Below are positions 48,883 to 60,932 of a stretch of DNA of 64,000 nucleotides, piece after piece (the stretch's first letter is position 1; each line of letters opens with the position of its first letter). Below the pieces are notes generated by a model. It was not told the origin of the DNA, searched no databases, and saw only the letters and a program-made list of their open reading frames with translations. A program made the translations under genes and the position numbers. Source of the DNA: Vitrella brassicaformis CCMP3155 (lineage: Eukaryota; Protista; Chromerida); NCBI GenBank assembly GCA_001179505.1, contig CDMY01000276.1, positions 1 through 64,000 of the forward strand, given 5' to 3'.

Positions 48883-51756
48883 TCATCCGCCGACGAGCAT
48901 GCCGCCCCACAGGCGGAAGTCGTCTCCGCGTTTGCTGAGGACCACGTGCACGGCGGGGTGCCGCGCGATGGCGCGGAAGACGTCCTCCCACTCCTGTGTC
49001 GGGTCGCGCATCTTGTCCGTGTCCTCCTTCTCACTCATATGCTCGGGCGGCAGCAACTCGTGAGCCGACAGATCCAGACCACGGCTGCCCTGCATGCAGG
49101 CAGGACACACACATACATACCCATACGCACAGAGAGGGGCGTGGGGTGGTGTGGTGTGTGTGTGTGGTCAGTAAGTCACCGCTTCGTTGATGCACCAGAC
49201 GATGGCGTCCTCGGAGGCGACCTTCCCCTCCCACGGGCCCTCCAACACCTGCCATGCCACCAACACCCCCCCCCCCCCCCCCNNNNNNNNNNNNNNNNNN
49301 NNNNNNNNNNNNNNNNNNNNNNNNNNNNNNNNNNNNNNNNNNNNNNNNNNNNNNNNNNNNNNNNNNNNNNNNNNNNNNNNNNNNNNNNNNNNNNNNNNNN
49401 NNNNNNNNNNNNNNNNNNNNNNNNNNNNNNNNNNNNNNNNNNNNNNNNNNNNNNNNNNNNNNNNNNNNNNNNNNNNNNNNNNNNNNNNNNNNNNNNNNNN
49501 NNNNNNNNNNNNNNNNNNNNNNNNNNNNNNNNNNNNNNNNNNNNNNNNNNNNNNNNNNNNNNNNNNNNNNNNNNNNNNNNNNCCCCCCCCAACACACACA
49601 CACATACGCAGCTCATCTGGACAGGCCACTCATCTTGTCTGACCGACGGACCGTCTGGTTCTGCAGCTTGATGCTCATCCACTTGGGCCTCATGTCGCAC
49701 TTGAGGTCCTTCTCCCTCAGGTAAGGGGAGGGCCGCTTGTACATCCTGAGGGGCACCCACATCTCGGCGGCGAACGGCGTCTCCCGCCAGAGGTAGTGGG
49801 GCGACTTGCCCTGAATCCGGAAGCCGGCGTCGTGGCTGCCCGACGTGGCGGCATCCTTGAGCATGGCGTCACTGTAGCCACGCTGCGGCAGCTCACGCTG
49901 GTCTAGACCCTCCTCGCCGTACTGGTGGCGCATCACCTCTGTTGGCACAGATGATAGATAGTATTAGGGGGTATTAGTGGTCGGGGGTGTCTCGTTCGCT
50001 ATGGTGCCTGCCTGAGGCACTTATAAGTATACCCTACCTACCTTGGAATTTCCGTTCCTGAGGCTCCGTGAGGTTCCAGTGCTGCCACAGGGGACTCACG
50101 CCAGTCATCATCTGGCCCTGACAGACAGACAGACAGACACGCACACAGAGAGAGAGAGAGAGAGGGAGAGAGAGGCAAATCCACGTCTGTGTGTCTGCGG
50201 AGGGGATCTCGACAGACGGGACAGGATGGTCGGTGCCCACCGACCTCCAGTTTTCTCAAGAGCTCCTCCTGTGTGGGCGCCTGTGCGTCCAGCTGTGACT
50301 TGTCAACATCTTCCAGCCGATGCTTCTTGTCGGACAGACGCACCACACCCGTGTTGGAGGGATGGTTGGCCGGCAGGGTGGCCCTCCTCGCCTCCAGGGG
50401 CAAAGGCGAGGATTCCCTCGGCTCGCTGCGGACCTCGGTGGGCGCCGGGGGTGGGTGGTGTGGCTCTTGATGGGCCTGCGGCGGGTGCTGCTGTGGCGCA
50501 TCAATGCCTTCTGCTGTCACGTTGTGACGTTTCTTGACGACGGCCTTCTTGCCGAGCAGCTCCACTGCCTGAGGCCATACTCACACACGCACAGGCAGAC
50601 AGACAGACAGTGTGGTGCAAAGCTTAAGGCGCACCCACGCGCAGATGCGTGTGTGTGTGTGCGTGTGTTTGGACATGCGGACCTCTTCCCTTGTCAGCCT
50701 CCGCGGCTTCTCGCCAGGAGCGGTGAAGTCCACCAATCGCAGGTCCATCCTGCAGGTGGCCAGACACGCAGCAACATATCCCACTAACGAGGCGCACACG
50801 TTCACCACTGCACTGCACATGCTTGTGCGTGCATCTGGCTTGTGTGGTGTGGTGTGACCCCCGCGCCTCCCTCGCCCTACACGAATCTGAAGTCAGGTGG
50901 CAGCAGGTCGACTCGGATGAGTTCCGCCAGCTGCTCGCGAGGGGCGAACAGCTCCGGTGAGCACACAAATATCGCCCTCTCGGCGCGACGCATCGTCTGC
51001 AGGGCCTTCTGGAACCCCGGAGCCATACCCTCCTGCACAAGACACACCACACCCAGACAGACAGACAGACAGGGAGAGGGGGAGGGATAGAGTGACAACG
51101 ACACCCATCCACTGGACATCGGACACCTGACTGACCATGTCGAATTCAGCGGCGCTTGAGGTGTTCATGGCGAAGACATCGGGACCGTTCTCGATCTTGA
51201 GGGCGACGGTGGCCATGACCCTGCTGTCGACAGCCGGCCTGTTCCGGTCCCTCAGGTCAGCACGATCAAGATTGACGGGCTCCATCTTCTTGGTGTAGGG
51301 GTTCTCCATCACGGGCATGCGCTTGTCGTCCATGCCGTCGTCGAGCATCTTCTTCCACATCTTGCCCTTCACCAGCTCCTCCCAGCCGCTCCGCTGCGAT
51401 AGCCACCGCACGTTGTCCGGCACGTGCTCGTCCGCTCGCGGCAGGTCCTCATACTCGTGTTGATCACGATGGCGTTGATGGTGCTGATCATGGCGGTGAA
51501 AGTCGCCCTCCGTGTCGAACAGACGAGTGCGCAAGCAACGACGACCTCTGCCGCCGCCAACCGGTCTCCTGGTGCTGACGTGACGCTCAAACACAAGAGC
51601 AGATCTTCGCTGCCGGTGGGCATGAGCGGGGAGGGGAGAAACGCCGCTGCTTGCGAGGAGAGCGGTCCAGCGCTGTGGTCGTGGTTGCCACGCCACGGCG
51701 TTTGGTGGGTTGCGAAGAGCAGCAAGGACAACGAGCAGGGCGGCGGGAAGACTCAT
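48883..51756 (-). CDS. Signal/transit-peptide protein with an FKBP-like domain followed by a CS (p23/NudC-like) domain
   Basis: Splice phases join throughout: MSLPAALLVVLAALRNPPNAVAWQPRPQRW...; EGMAPGFQKALQTMRRAERAIFVCSPELF...FVMDLRLVDF (FKBP-like); YLWRETPFAAEMWVPL...KDLKCDMRPKWMSIKLQNQT-VLEGPWEGKVASEDAIVWCINEA (CS-like). Confidence 0.7.
49283..49582. other. Scaffold gap (300 N) flanked by poly-C, inside an intron
   Basis: The CS-domain exons on either side join in phase 0. Confidence 0.9.
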
Positions 51757-51883
51757 CAGATCATCGAAAATGCGACTCGCCTTCACCACACAGCATCCGC
51801 CCCTTCTCAGAATGAACCATAGAGATCATTTCAGAAGGGAAAGAAGCTCGCAAGATTGTAAGCTCGCATTTGAGCACCTTGGG

Positions 51884-53390
51884 ATGATGGCGCATGTGTT
51901 GCCTCTGCAGGTGTGGCAGCATCGAGTGCTGTCCAATGGGCGTCTGCGATATGAGCAGAGTGAGATCTTCGTCACGCGCCAGCGGCACCTCGGCTGTCTA
52001 CTGCACTCTCATTCTCGGCCGCATCGACGCATTGCTGAAGTGCCATGGGCTCAGTGGGCTGATTAACGTCGACAGACATGGCGGGAAGGCTGGGGCGGCT
52101 CCGCTGCCCGGCGGCCTCTCGCGCATCGACTACCTGTGCCTCTGGTGATATCGGCCGAGTGGGTGCAGCAGCACTGGCCCACCAGGGCCGCGTTGCGCCA
52201 GCTGCCGCTCGCACTGGCCATCTACAAGACCATCGGCCATCTGCTAAGCCACAGAGGCGACAGCCTGGCCCTGACAACAGACGACCAGACTGGCGAGAAT
52301 GGCGAGGTCAGACACATCAGAGGGGACATTCATGACTGACGTCTGCTGTCGTCATGCCGTTGCCATGCGTTTCTGTCTGCAGGATGGTGGGCCTGACGAG
52401 AGTGGCGAGCAAGAGGAGGATCTAGCCGGGCGGGTGGACAGTGGCGGAGCTGAGGAGGTCGGTGGAGAACACATCAAGACATGAGCGTGTTCACTGCACC
52501 CGCACGTGTGCCCCCTACTCAGGACGACGGCCAAGAGGGGCCCATGGCGTCTGACGATTGCCAGGTCAGCAACACCCATACTGATGTGGTGTGGTGCTTT
52601 GATGGACGGCTCGTGTGTGTGGTGCATGGTGTGGCGGTTTGCAGGACGCCCTGATTGGCGATGGCGACGGCCAGGCGGCCGGTGGGGGGCAGCCGACGGA
52701 ACCTGACGACGACGTAGGCATTGACTGCACTGCCCAATAGGAAGGGGCACACGGGTTTGGTGTCCGCTGATTGTGTGTTTGTGTGTGCGAGCAGGACCAC
52801 AGTGAGGAGAGTGACGACCACCACAACTATCTCCACAAGGTCGGCGATGTGCGCTTCCGCATTCTGCCGGCCTATGAGGCCCCGGGCACCACCCCCACGA
52901 CACAAACGACCCGGCCGTCAAGGAGGACTCCGCTGACGGCGTTCGGTATCGCTACTCGTCATCCTCGGTCTTCATGACGGACAACCTCATGTGCTACTGG
53001 TCCCGTCACGAGGCAGCGGGCCAGCAGGAGATCCTGACGGCGCCAGTCCCACACACTGATGCCCGCCTTCGGTCCCTCATGGCCACAGAGGCCTTGGGCG
53101 ACTGCATCGTGGCGGACATGCATGTGGTGCTGTGTGGCCATCGGCCGAATGAGACCGTCGCTGCGCACCTTCGGGTTGCGCGTTTTGGACACGTTTTTGG
53201 ACACATAGATATCCACACAACGGAGGGGCGTGTGAGTGGTGGTGTGTCTGTTGACGAGTGCTATCCCACTACCGTCCGCCATGCCCGTGGTGTGCTTAAA
53301 CGAGTCAGCCTAGAGAGGGATGTGGTAGACCAGGGCAGGCGCATGCAGACAAACTGTGTGGATGGAGTGATGGAACGACGCATCGCATGA
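51884..53390 (+). pseudogene. Orphan multi-exon gene with an apparent 1-bp frameshift in a C-run (52880-52883)
   Basis: Exons VWQHRVLSNGRLRYEQ..., ...AEWVQQHWPTRAALRQLPLALAIYKTIGHLL..., DHSEESDDHHNYLHKVGDVRFRILPAYEA; the frame continues as PGHHPHDTNDPAVKEDSADGVRYRYSSSSVFMTDNLMCYW...ERRIA* only if one C is added. Confidence 0.45.
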
Positions 53391-53728
53391 TGTGGGGTCT
53401 CGGATCGTTCAGCTTACATTCTGTCGATCATTCAGCTTACATTCGATGAGTCAATCGTTCATGACATCTATTGCTTCTCTGTCAATCGTTCATTCAGCTT
53501 GTGTTCTCGTTAGCAGCGCATCGGTCCAGTGTCTCTGTCGGGCCGGACTGTAGGTGTGACGTACACACTCATGGCTCGGCGTGTTCTCTGTCACGTGACA
53601 TCGTCAATCGTTCAAATTAGTCTCTTAGTTTTGGCTACTGGCACCAACACTAGAAGTATACATCCCATCACCCAGTCACTTGACCGTCCCCGCTCCCGAT
53701 CGGAGCGCTCCCATCCCTAACTTCACCA

Positions 53729-53790
53729 CATATGGCATATGGCATATGGCATATGGCATATGGCATATGGCATATGGCATATGGCATATA
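53729..53790. repeat. (CATATGG)8 heptamer tandem repeat
   Basis: Eight perfect units plus a partial unit. Confidence 0.95.
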
Positions 53791-53912
53791 TCCCATTCGC
53801 CCCTCTGTGGACACACAGTGTCTACACACACACACACACATTCGCTCGCACAGACACAAATAAGTACAGACACAAATAAGTACAGACACAAATCCACACA
53901 CACACACACAGA

Positions 53913-55029
53913 TCACGATGTCGGCAATGAGAATGACCGTGCCCTCTCGGCCCCCTCGGTCACCGAAGCGCCAAGAGGGCCGCGCCCCCCCACCGAAGTC
54001 ACCCGGCCGCTCACATCTATTGTGTCAATGAGCGTCCCAGGGGCGCCGTTGCTGGTGTCAAACACCATCACCGCGCCCTTCCGCGCGAACAGGACGGTGT
54101 CTGGTGAGGCCACGGCTACACTCACCGCTCCCCCACCACCGCCTGTGCCGACGGGGCGGACCTCCACGTCGGCCGCTCTCTTGCCAACGACAAGGGGGGT
54201 GACATCAGTGACGGTCATCGAGCCGTGAGCAGTGTACATGAGCACTGCGCCGTTTCTCCGCTGCACAGCCGTCACGAGCGCGAAGTTGGCTGGCCCCACG
54301 GCGTTTTCAAACCCCGAGCCGGGAATCCGGATGTCATCGATGGCTCGCACGCCATCCTCATCGATGGCCAGCACGAGGATGCCAAATCGACTGGTGCCCG
54401 GACTCTCGAAATCGGTGGACATGAGGGCTACGTCTCTGCTGGCCATCGTGACGTCGGGGAAGCCAATCACGCCTGCGACTTGCTCGTTCAGCACGATGTT
54501 GTCGCCGATCCGCGCGCTGGAAGTGTCGTACTTCCAGGCGGAGAGCCCGCCGGTGCCGCCGCTCACCACCAGCGTCCCGCCCTTTGCGGAAATGCCCACG
54601 AAGGGGAACGCATTCACGTTGCTGATGACCGGGCCGGCCTGTGATATCGATGTGATGTCTGCCGGGTCTTCCAGCAAGAAGGCGACGACCGATTCTGAGG
54701 CGGCGGAGATGCCAAAAACGGCTTAAGGGCTTTCGGGGTTTTCGGGGTCGACGGGGTCGACGGTGACGTCATCGATGGACTCTACTCCATTGGGGAGAGG
54801 GACCGAAAAAGATTCCTGACACACCCCAACAACACAGACTGTCACCGTGTTTTGAGTCCTTCTCGGGCATGGATCTCACGTCGCCCCGTTGAAGCAGCAG
54901 CCCAGCGCTTCCGAGTGCTGTCAGCACGATTCTGCCGCCCTGGACGGCGGGTGTCACGACCACATTCTGCCCCCAAGCAGCCGGCAGGTGGAGGAGAACC
55001 AGCACGCTAAGGCGACGAAGCCAAAGCAT
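53913..55029 (-). pseudogene. Secreted beta-strand-rich (possibly propeller) protein with an in-frame TAA at 54723-54725
   Basis: Signal peptide MLWLRRLSVLVLLHLPAAWGQ; one intron; ESFSVPLPNGVESIDDVTVDPVDPENPESP*AVFGISAASESVVAFLL, continuing as the 254-aa ORF (LVVSGGTGGLSAW...GFPDVTM...STDFESPGTSRFGI). Confidence 0.55.
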
Positions 55030-55211
55030 ACGGTAGAATCAAGATGATCAGACGCTCTGGTCGCTTTCCGTGTAGCAGGGCGTGAACACAGCAGGCGACC
55101 AAGCTGGGAAGAAAGAGCGTCAAGCATCCCAATACCCATTATTTCCAAAGTACTATAATTTCAAAGCGCTTCGTGGTGGTGTGCCCAAAGGACACTTTTC
55201 CAAACGAGGAG

Positions 55212-56938
55212 ATGGGCGGGCGGAGATGCAGAAGCGGCTGGCATGGAAAAACATCGCCTTCTCGGCGGCCGCCGGGCGTTTTGGTGATCTGCCTGGCTTC
55301 CTTGGCTGTGAGCAGGGGTGCCCTGATGGAGACAATCATCGTCAACAACACAGCAGCAGGCAAAGCCGGCGAGGCAGCCGCCGCGCTTCATAAGGCGATT
55401 GAGGCGGCAAACGGGCAGGACGGAGCCGACGACGTCATCTCATTTCAGGTGGAGGGCACAGCATCAGCGGCCGTCGATGTGGTGGTCTCTGAGCCACTGC
55501 CGGTGATCAAGGAAGGGCTGACCATCAGGGGGCCCGGCTCGGGCCGGCTGCGCATTGTCAAAGCCTACCACGGCCGCCCGCTCTTCCAGTTCGACGAAGG
55601 CGCCGGTCCCGCGGTGGTTCAGGGAGTCACTCTGGCCATTCACCATCCCTCCACCAGCACGATGGTCGTCACGAAGGCCAGGTCCCTCACTCTCACCGAC
55701 GTGGTCATCAAGGGCGTCAAGAAGCACAACAGCGGCCGAGGCATCTACTGCGAAGCTGGGGGCAGGGGCGGCGTGCACCTGACGTTGGATGCCGTCGAGA
55801 TCGCTCACATGAAGGTCCATCACGATGACGGCGGTGGGATCCTCGCCAACTGCGGCCTGACCGTCAGGTCGTCGGAGGTGCATTTCAACGCGGCGGGCAG
55901 GGGCGCGGGCATCTTCCTGGGGCCGATGGCGCAGAAAGTGGACATCTCAGCGACCAAGATCATGAACAACCATGCAAACGGTGAGCGAAACATGAAGCAG
56001 TTGACGTCAATTGTGCATTGAGTTACAAGAGTCTCTCATCTCCGCTGCGCTTCAGCCGAGGGCGGAGGCATCTTCGCCACTCAGCCGACAAGCAAGGACA
56101 ACGAGACGTCTGCAGCCTCACCACCCCTGGTGCTGCACGAGTCCTTGGTGGTCGGCAACTCGGCCACCAATGGCGGAGGCCTCTTCGCCGGCCGACGGGC
56201 GAACATCACACACACAGGTGGGCGGGGCGGTTAGTGCACAACACAGCGCAGCTCAGCATTGGATCGCTCCTTTGTGTGCTGTGGTCTTCCCGCAGTGTTG
56301 ATGGTGAATCAAGCGCCGGAGGGTGGGGGCATCCATTTTTCAAGACGGTCTGGGGGATCTGTCGTCCGTGGTGTGAGCGTCGAAGGGAACCAGGGGAACA
56401 CAGGTGTGTGTAGGGGTGTGTATGTGGGATGTCTTATCCACATGTGATCAAAAAGACAGACAGACAGACAGACAAGAGTGATCTGTGTGTGGTGTGTGTG
56501 TGTGTGTGTGAGTCTGCAGGTGGCGGCATCATGTGCAACGCCCCAGTGCAAATTGAAGACACCACACTCAGACAAAACAGGCACACACACACACACACAC
56601 GCGACACCACACGAGCACACAACCGAGGCCATGCCCACGTGTCTGTCTGTCTGTCTGTCTGTTCAGGGCTCGTGGTGCGTCGTCATACGGCGGTGGTCTG
56701 TCCATAGGGAAGCACTGCGGCACCCCCACCCAACACACCACCATCACCGACAGCTTCATCCAACACAACCTCGCACACGCCGGCGGGGGCATGGCCGTCG
56801 ACACGCCGGATGCACACGTCGACATCGTCCGAACCACCATCTCATCTAACGTCGCTGAGGGCCATTACGAAGGCAAGTCGTCCCTCTCTCTCTCTCTTGC
56901 GCCCCTTTGTGTCACACGGATGCTGTCTCTCTCTCGCC

Positions 56939-56969
<31 letters not shown>

Positions 56970-59900
56970 TCTCCCTCCCTGTCTGTGTGGGTGTTTCTAG
57001 GAGGTGGTGGCGGAGTTTGGATAGGCCAGAGGGTCGCTTCTCTTTCTTTCAGAGAGAGCATCGTTGCGGCCAACGAGTACAGTGACACCACCAGTGAGGG
57101 CACGGAGACCGCCGCCACGGCCAGGAGGCAGAACTGTGGGTCGAGCAGCGAGGAGCAGCCGGGCGTTCATGACAAAGGGGGCAACTGGGCGCCGCTATGC
57201 CAACATCTACTCACACACGCTGACACGGTGAGCAGACGAGAAGAACAAGGGAAAGGCTCCCTTTGCAATGTGTGCGTGTGTGTGTGTGCGTGTATGGTTG
57301 GTCCGCCCACAGTCGCCAGATGCCCCTGAGGGCATGGAGGTCCGTCACAGCGTGATGCCGCTCCCCAAGGCAGGCAGGCCTTCCCATGGTCGGCCGGCAC
57401 ACCTCCACACACAACACGACACACGTGTGCGCAAGAGTCCAGACAGCCCTCTGCTGCTGTCCTGTCCTGCCCTGCACTGCCCAAACAGACAGCCCGCGAA
57501 GCAACAACAGCAACAAGAGCAGAAGGGAGACCCAGGCAGCCCCCCCATCAGTACCCAAGGCCGCAGCGGCCCTCGCAGCGGCCACTAACAAGGTCTTCCT
57601 CAGCTGCTTCGAAGATGGCGTCGAGTACGGCGTCACGACCAACGCCACCCACCCCCTTGACCTTGGCAGCGCCAGAGTCACCAACATCCACGCCTGTCAG
57701 GAGCTCTGCCAGCAGTCGCCCAACTGTCAAGCCTTCTCCTACATGGCCAGCGACCGGATCTGCTATCTCAAGGCCGCTGAAGAGCCCACGAAGCCAAACG
57801 CCGACCTGACGAGCGGGCCGAGAGAGTGTGAGGACCTCAAGAGCAGAACGGACGATGGGAGAGACGAGGAGAGGGATGAAGGGGAAGAGGGAGAGGAGTC
57901 GGGTGATGTGGATGTGTCTGATGAGACGTGGATGGATTTCGTGGAGGGTGTCACGCCGGAGATGGAGAAGAAGATACGGCTGGCGATGCTGGTGAGTGAG
58001 GGAGGGAGGGAGGGAGGGAGGGAGTGGGCGTGCCTGAGTGCAACCCCCCGCCCATCTGTCCATGGATGGATGGATGGGTATTGTGGGCGCCACTGTGTGT
58101 GCAGATTGCCAAGCTCAATCGCGCGACAACTGACGCAGAAGAAGAAGATTCAGAAGACTCAGAAGACACCGAACAAGAAGAGGTCGACGATGAGGTCGAC
58201 AAAGATGCTGATGAGCTGGCGGGCCTGGAGGGGCTGGATGTGGGTGGGGGGGTGGTGACCGAGGCCGCCGTGGCCGCCGTGGCCAGACGCCCCCCCAAGC
58301 CCTACCCAGGCGCCACACACAGCCCCAACCCCAACTCCCGCCCCAACCAAGTGCCAAGAACCCCGCCACGGACCCCCCACGCCCATCGGTACCCTCCCTG
58401 CTTCCAATTGGGCGTCGGCTACCACTTCCCAACGAGACGGGGGGACCTTGGGGACGCGCCCAACGTGACGTCGGCCCGGGTGTGTCAGCGGCTGTGCCAG
58501 TGGAAGCCCAGCTGCCACGTGTTTGTGTTTGACCAGAAGAAGGCCACCTGCTACTTCAAGGGGCAAGGTGGCCGGAGGGAGGCGAAGATCGGAATGGTGA
58601 GCGGCCCGAGGGCCTGCGACGACTCGCTCATCGGCTACTCGGGCGAGGATAATCATGACGACGGCCAAGGCGAGGAGTACTGGGAAGAGCCGACCGCTGC
58701 CCCGGCTGAGCATGCCGACAAAGAGAGCGCTTCATCCTCGGCTGCCTCGGCACTGGCCGCCATCGATATACCAGGCAGGTGACACACAAAGGGCCAGAGA
58801 GGCAGGCAGACGGTGGACGCTCCTCCCTCCCTCATCAGCTCTCATTACGGGTGACGGCGGGTGTTTCGAGATGGGTGTCGAGTACTCCGACGACAGCCCG
58901 GACAGCAACCTGGCCTCGGTCGGCAAAGTCGCCTCCCTCCTCGACTGCCGCGACGCCTGCAGCAGCCGACCCGCCTGCCTCTTCTTCACATTCGACCCAC
59001 ACAAGTACATGTGCCACCTGAAGGACGAGAGACTCCCCGTCAGGGCCAATGCCCACGTCATCTCGGGGCCGAGAGTCTGTGGCGAGCAGGCGGCCCGGCC
59101 GCGGAGAGCACTGTCGACCATCCCGGCGGCGACTGAGGACGTGGTCATGAGACACAGGACCACGGCGGTGGCTGCGCAGGTCGACAGTCCGACAGCAGCA
59201 CGAGCGAGGGTGAGGGAGCCCTCATGGCAACAGCCATGGCCACAGTCGCCGCCCATTCCTGGGGCGTTTGCAGGTACGAATCTACTCCCAGGCACCGCAC
59301 CTAATACCATTTCTCTCTGCCTGTCCGTGTGTGTGTGTGACGACTGAGCAGTGGTGCTGCAGAAGCAGCAAGGCGCCACCGCCGCCAGCGTCACTCTGAG
59401 AGCCGCCATCGGGCATCAGTCGACAGCAGGCGTCCTCCTCACCAACCTGTTCACCATAGCCAGCAGCTATGAGTATCAACACCAACACGACCATCAGCAC
59501 GAACGCGCCATATTCTTCACCCTCGAGCAGCCCCCGCCGGAGACACACCCGCTGCCCGAGGGCTTCCTGGTGTTCCTGGGCTCTCTAGGGCCCGACGAGT
59601 CGCCCGAGCGGCCGACATCCTTTGTGAGGGGGGAGGTGGCCTTCACAACCGTCGGCACACGGCAGCCCGTTCATGATCGTGATGACGATGACGATCCTGA
59701 TGACGGGTATCGGCTGCTACGGCCGTCGACATCATCACACCGCCATTTGCAGCACCAGCAGCAGCAGGAGGGCAACACAAGTAAGAGACAGAGAGAGAGG
59801 GGGGGGACACGCATACACTGTTGTGTGCGTGGCCGATGTGTCCGATGTGTCCGATGTGTCTGGTGTGTCTGTGTGTGTGCAGGAGTGCCGTCTCGTCAGT

Positions 59901-60420
59901 GTCTGTTGTTTCGGTGCCACTCGTCAGCGAGAGCCGGCACTGCTACCATCGACCTCCGCGGGCTGCTGGGGGCGGAGGACACGAACGGCAGGAGGGGAGC
60001 GAGTCTGACCGACTCTGTAGTGCTACACATGGGTGAGTGAGTGGGTGGGTGGGGTAGGTGGGTGGGCGAGCATCGGTGACGTTAGCTATCGACTCGACGA
60101 CTGAACATCTTTGTCGGTGCTGTGTGTGTTCAGAGTGTGTCAAGGGCAGATGAGATGAGCGGAGCGGTGTGGGTGTGCTGACCTGCCTGATGCCCTGCGT
60201 CCATTGCGCCTCCCTCTCTCTCTCTCTCTCTGTCTCTCTCCATCCCTCTGTTTGCTTGTTCTTTGTTGCGTGCATGGACGCTGTGTGTGTGTGTGTGTGT
60301 GTATGTGCATGTGTGTGTGTGTATGTATGTGCATGTGCAGTATTTGTTGTGGTCTTCTCGACACTAACAGGCACACAGACGGGTGGCCAGGTAGGTCCGC
60401 CCGTACTGGACGTGACGTGA
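55212..60420 (+). CDS. Large secreted protein: parallel beta-helix (GGGI repeats) + three PAN/Apple domains + unknown C-terminal region; 3' end approximate
   Basis: Hydrophobic leader GVLVICLASLAVSRGA; ALHKAIEAANGQDGADDVISF...LPVIKEGLTIRGPG; repeated N.A..GGGI/GGGL/GGGM; PAN domains CFEDGVEY...CQELCQQSPNCQAFSY...CYLK...SGPREC, CFQLGVGY...CQRLC...C..F.F...CYFK...SGPRAC, CFEMGVEY...CRDAC...CLFFTF...CHLK...SGPRVC. Confidence 0.8.
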
Positions 60421-60932
60421 GCAGATAGCTAGGTGCATGTCATGAATTCGTGAAGGTCACCAACCATGATGACTAAATAGTCCGTCCAAACCTCCCTCTG
60501 CACACGACACTCAGACACACAGATGTCATAACGGACGGACAGAGACAGAGAGAAGTGAGCACCGGCGGTCCGCCACCCACACCGCCGGTGCCCTCAGCGA
60601 AGATCTCCGTCCCCGCCTCCTCACACGCACATCAACGACCGTCCGTCTGTGTGTCGATCTCTCCTCCCTTGAATGACGGCCTTGCTCACTGCATCGGCCG
60701 AGAAACGACTCGCACACGAGTAGGTGTGTATAAAGTAACTCCCTCGCCGGATCCCGCCGTTGTCGCCGGCCGCGAAGGGGAAGTGAATTGGGGGCGGGGG
60801 GCGTCCCGAGCCCCGGCCGTCTCGCGCGTCGCTTGAAGTTCACATTCCTTATCCCAATTCTTATCCCCACTCCTCCGCGTGCCGTGTTGAGGCCAATAGG
60901 TGGAAGCTCTCACAACGAGAAATTCAATCATC

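Noticed and set aside
53729-53790. CRISPR-like array or MPYAICH repeat peptide
   Set aside because: No spacers, no cas genes, eukaryotic context; the peptide is just the translated heptamer
10863-54725. Reassigned genetic code suggested by in-frame TAG/TAA
   Set aside because: Conserved genes (NAPRT, ABHD17, TEX10, SUZ) show no internal TAA/TAG in the exons read, and NAPRT ends on TAG at the expected place; lesions are confined to orphan genes
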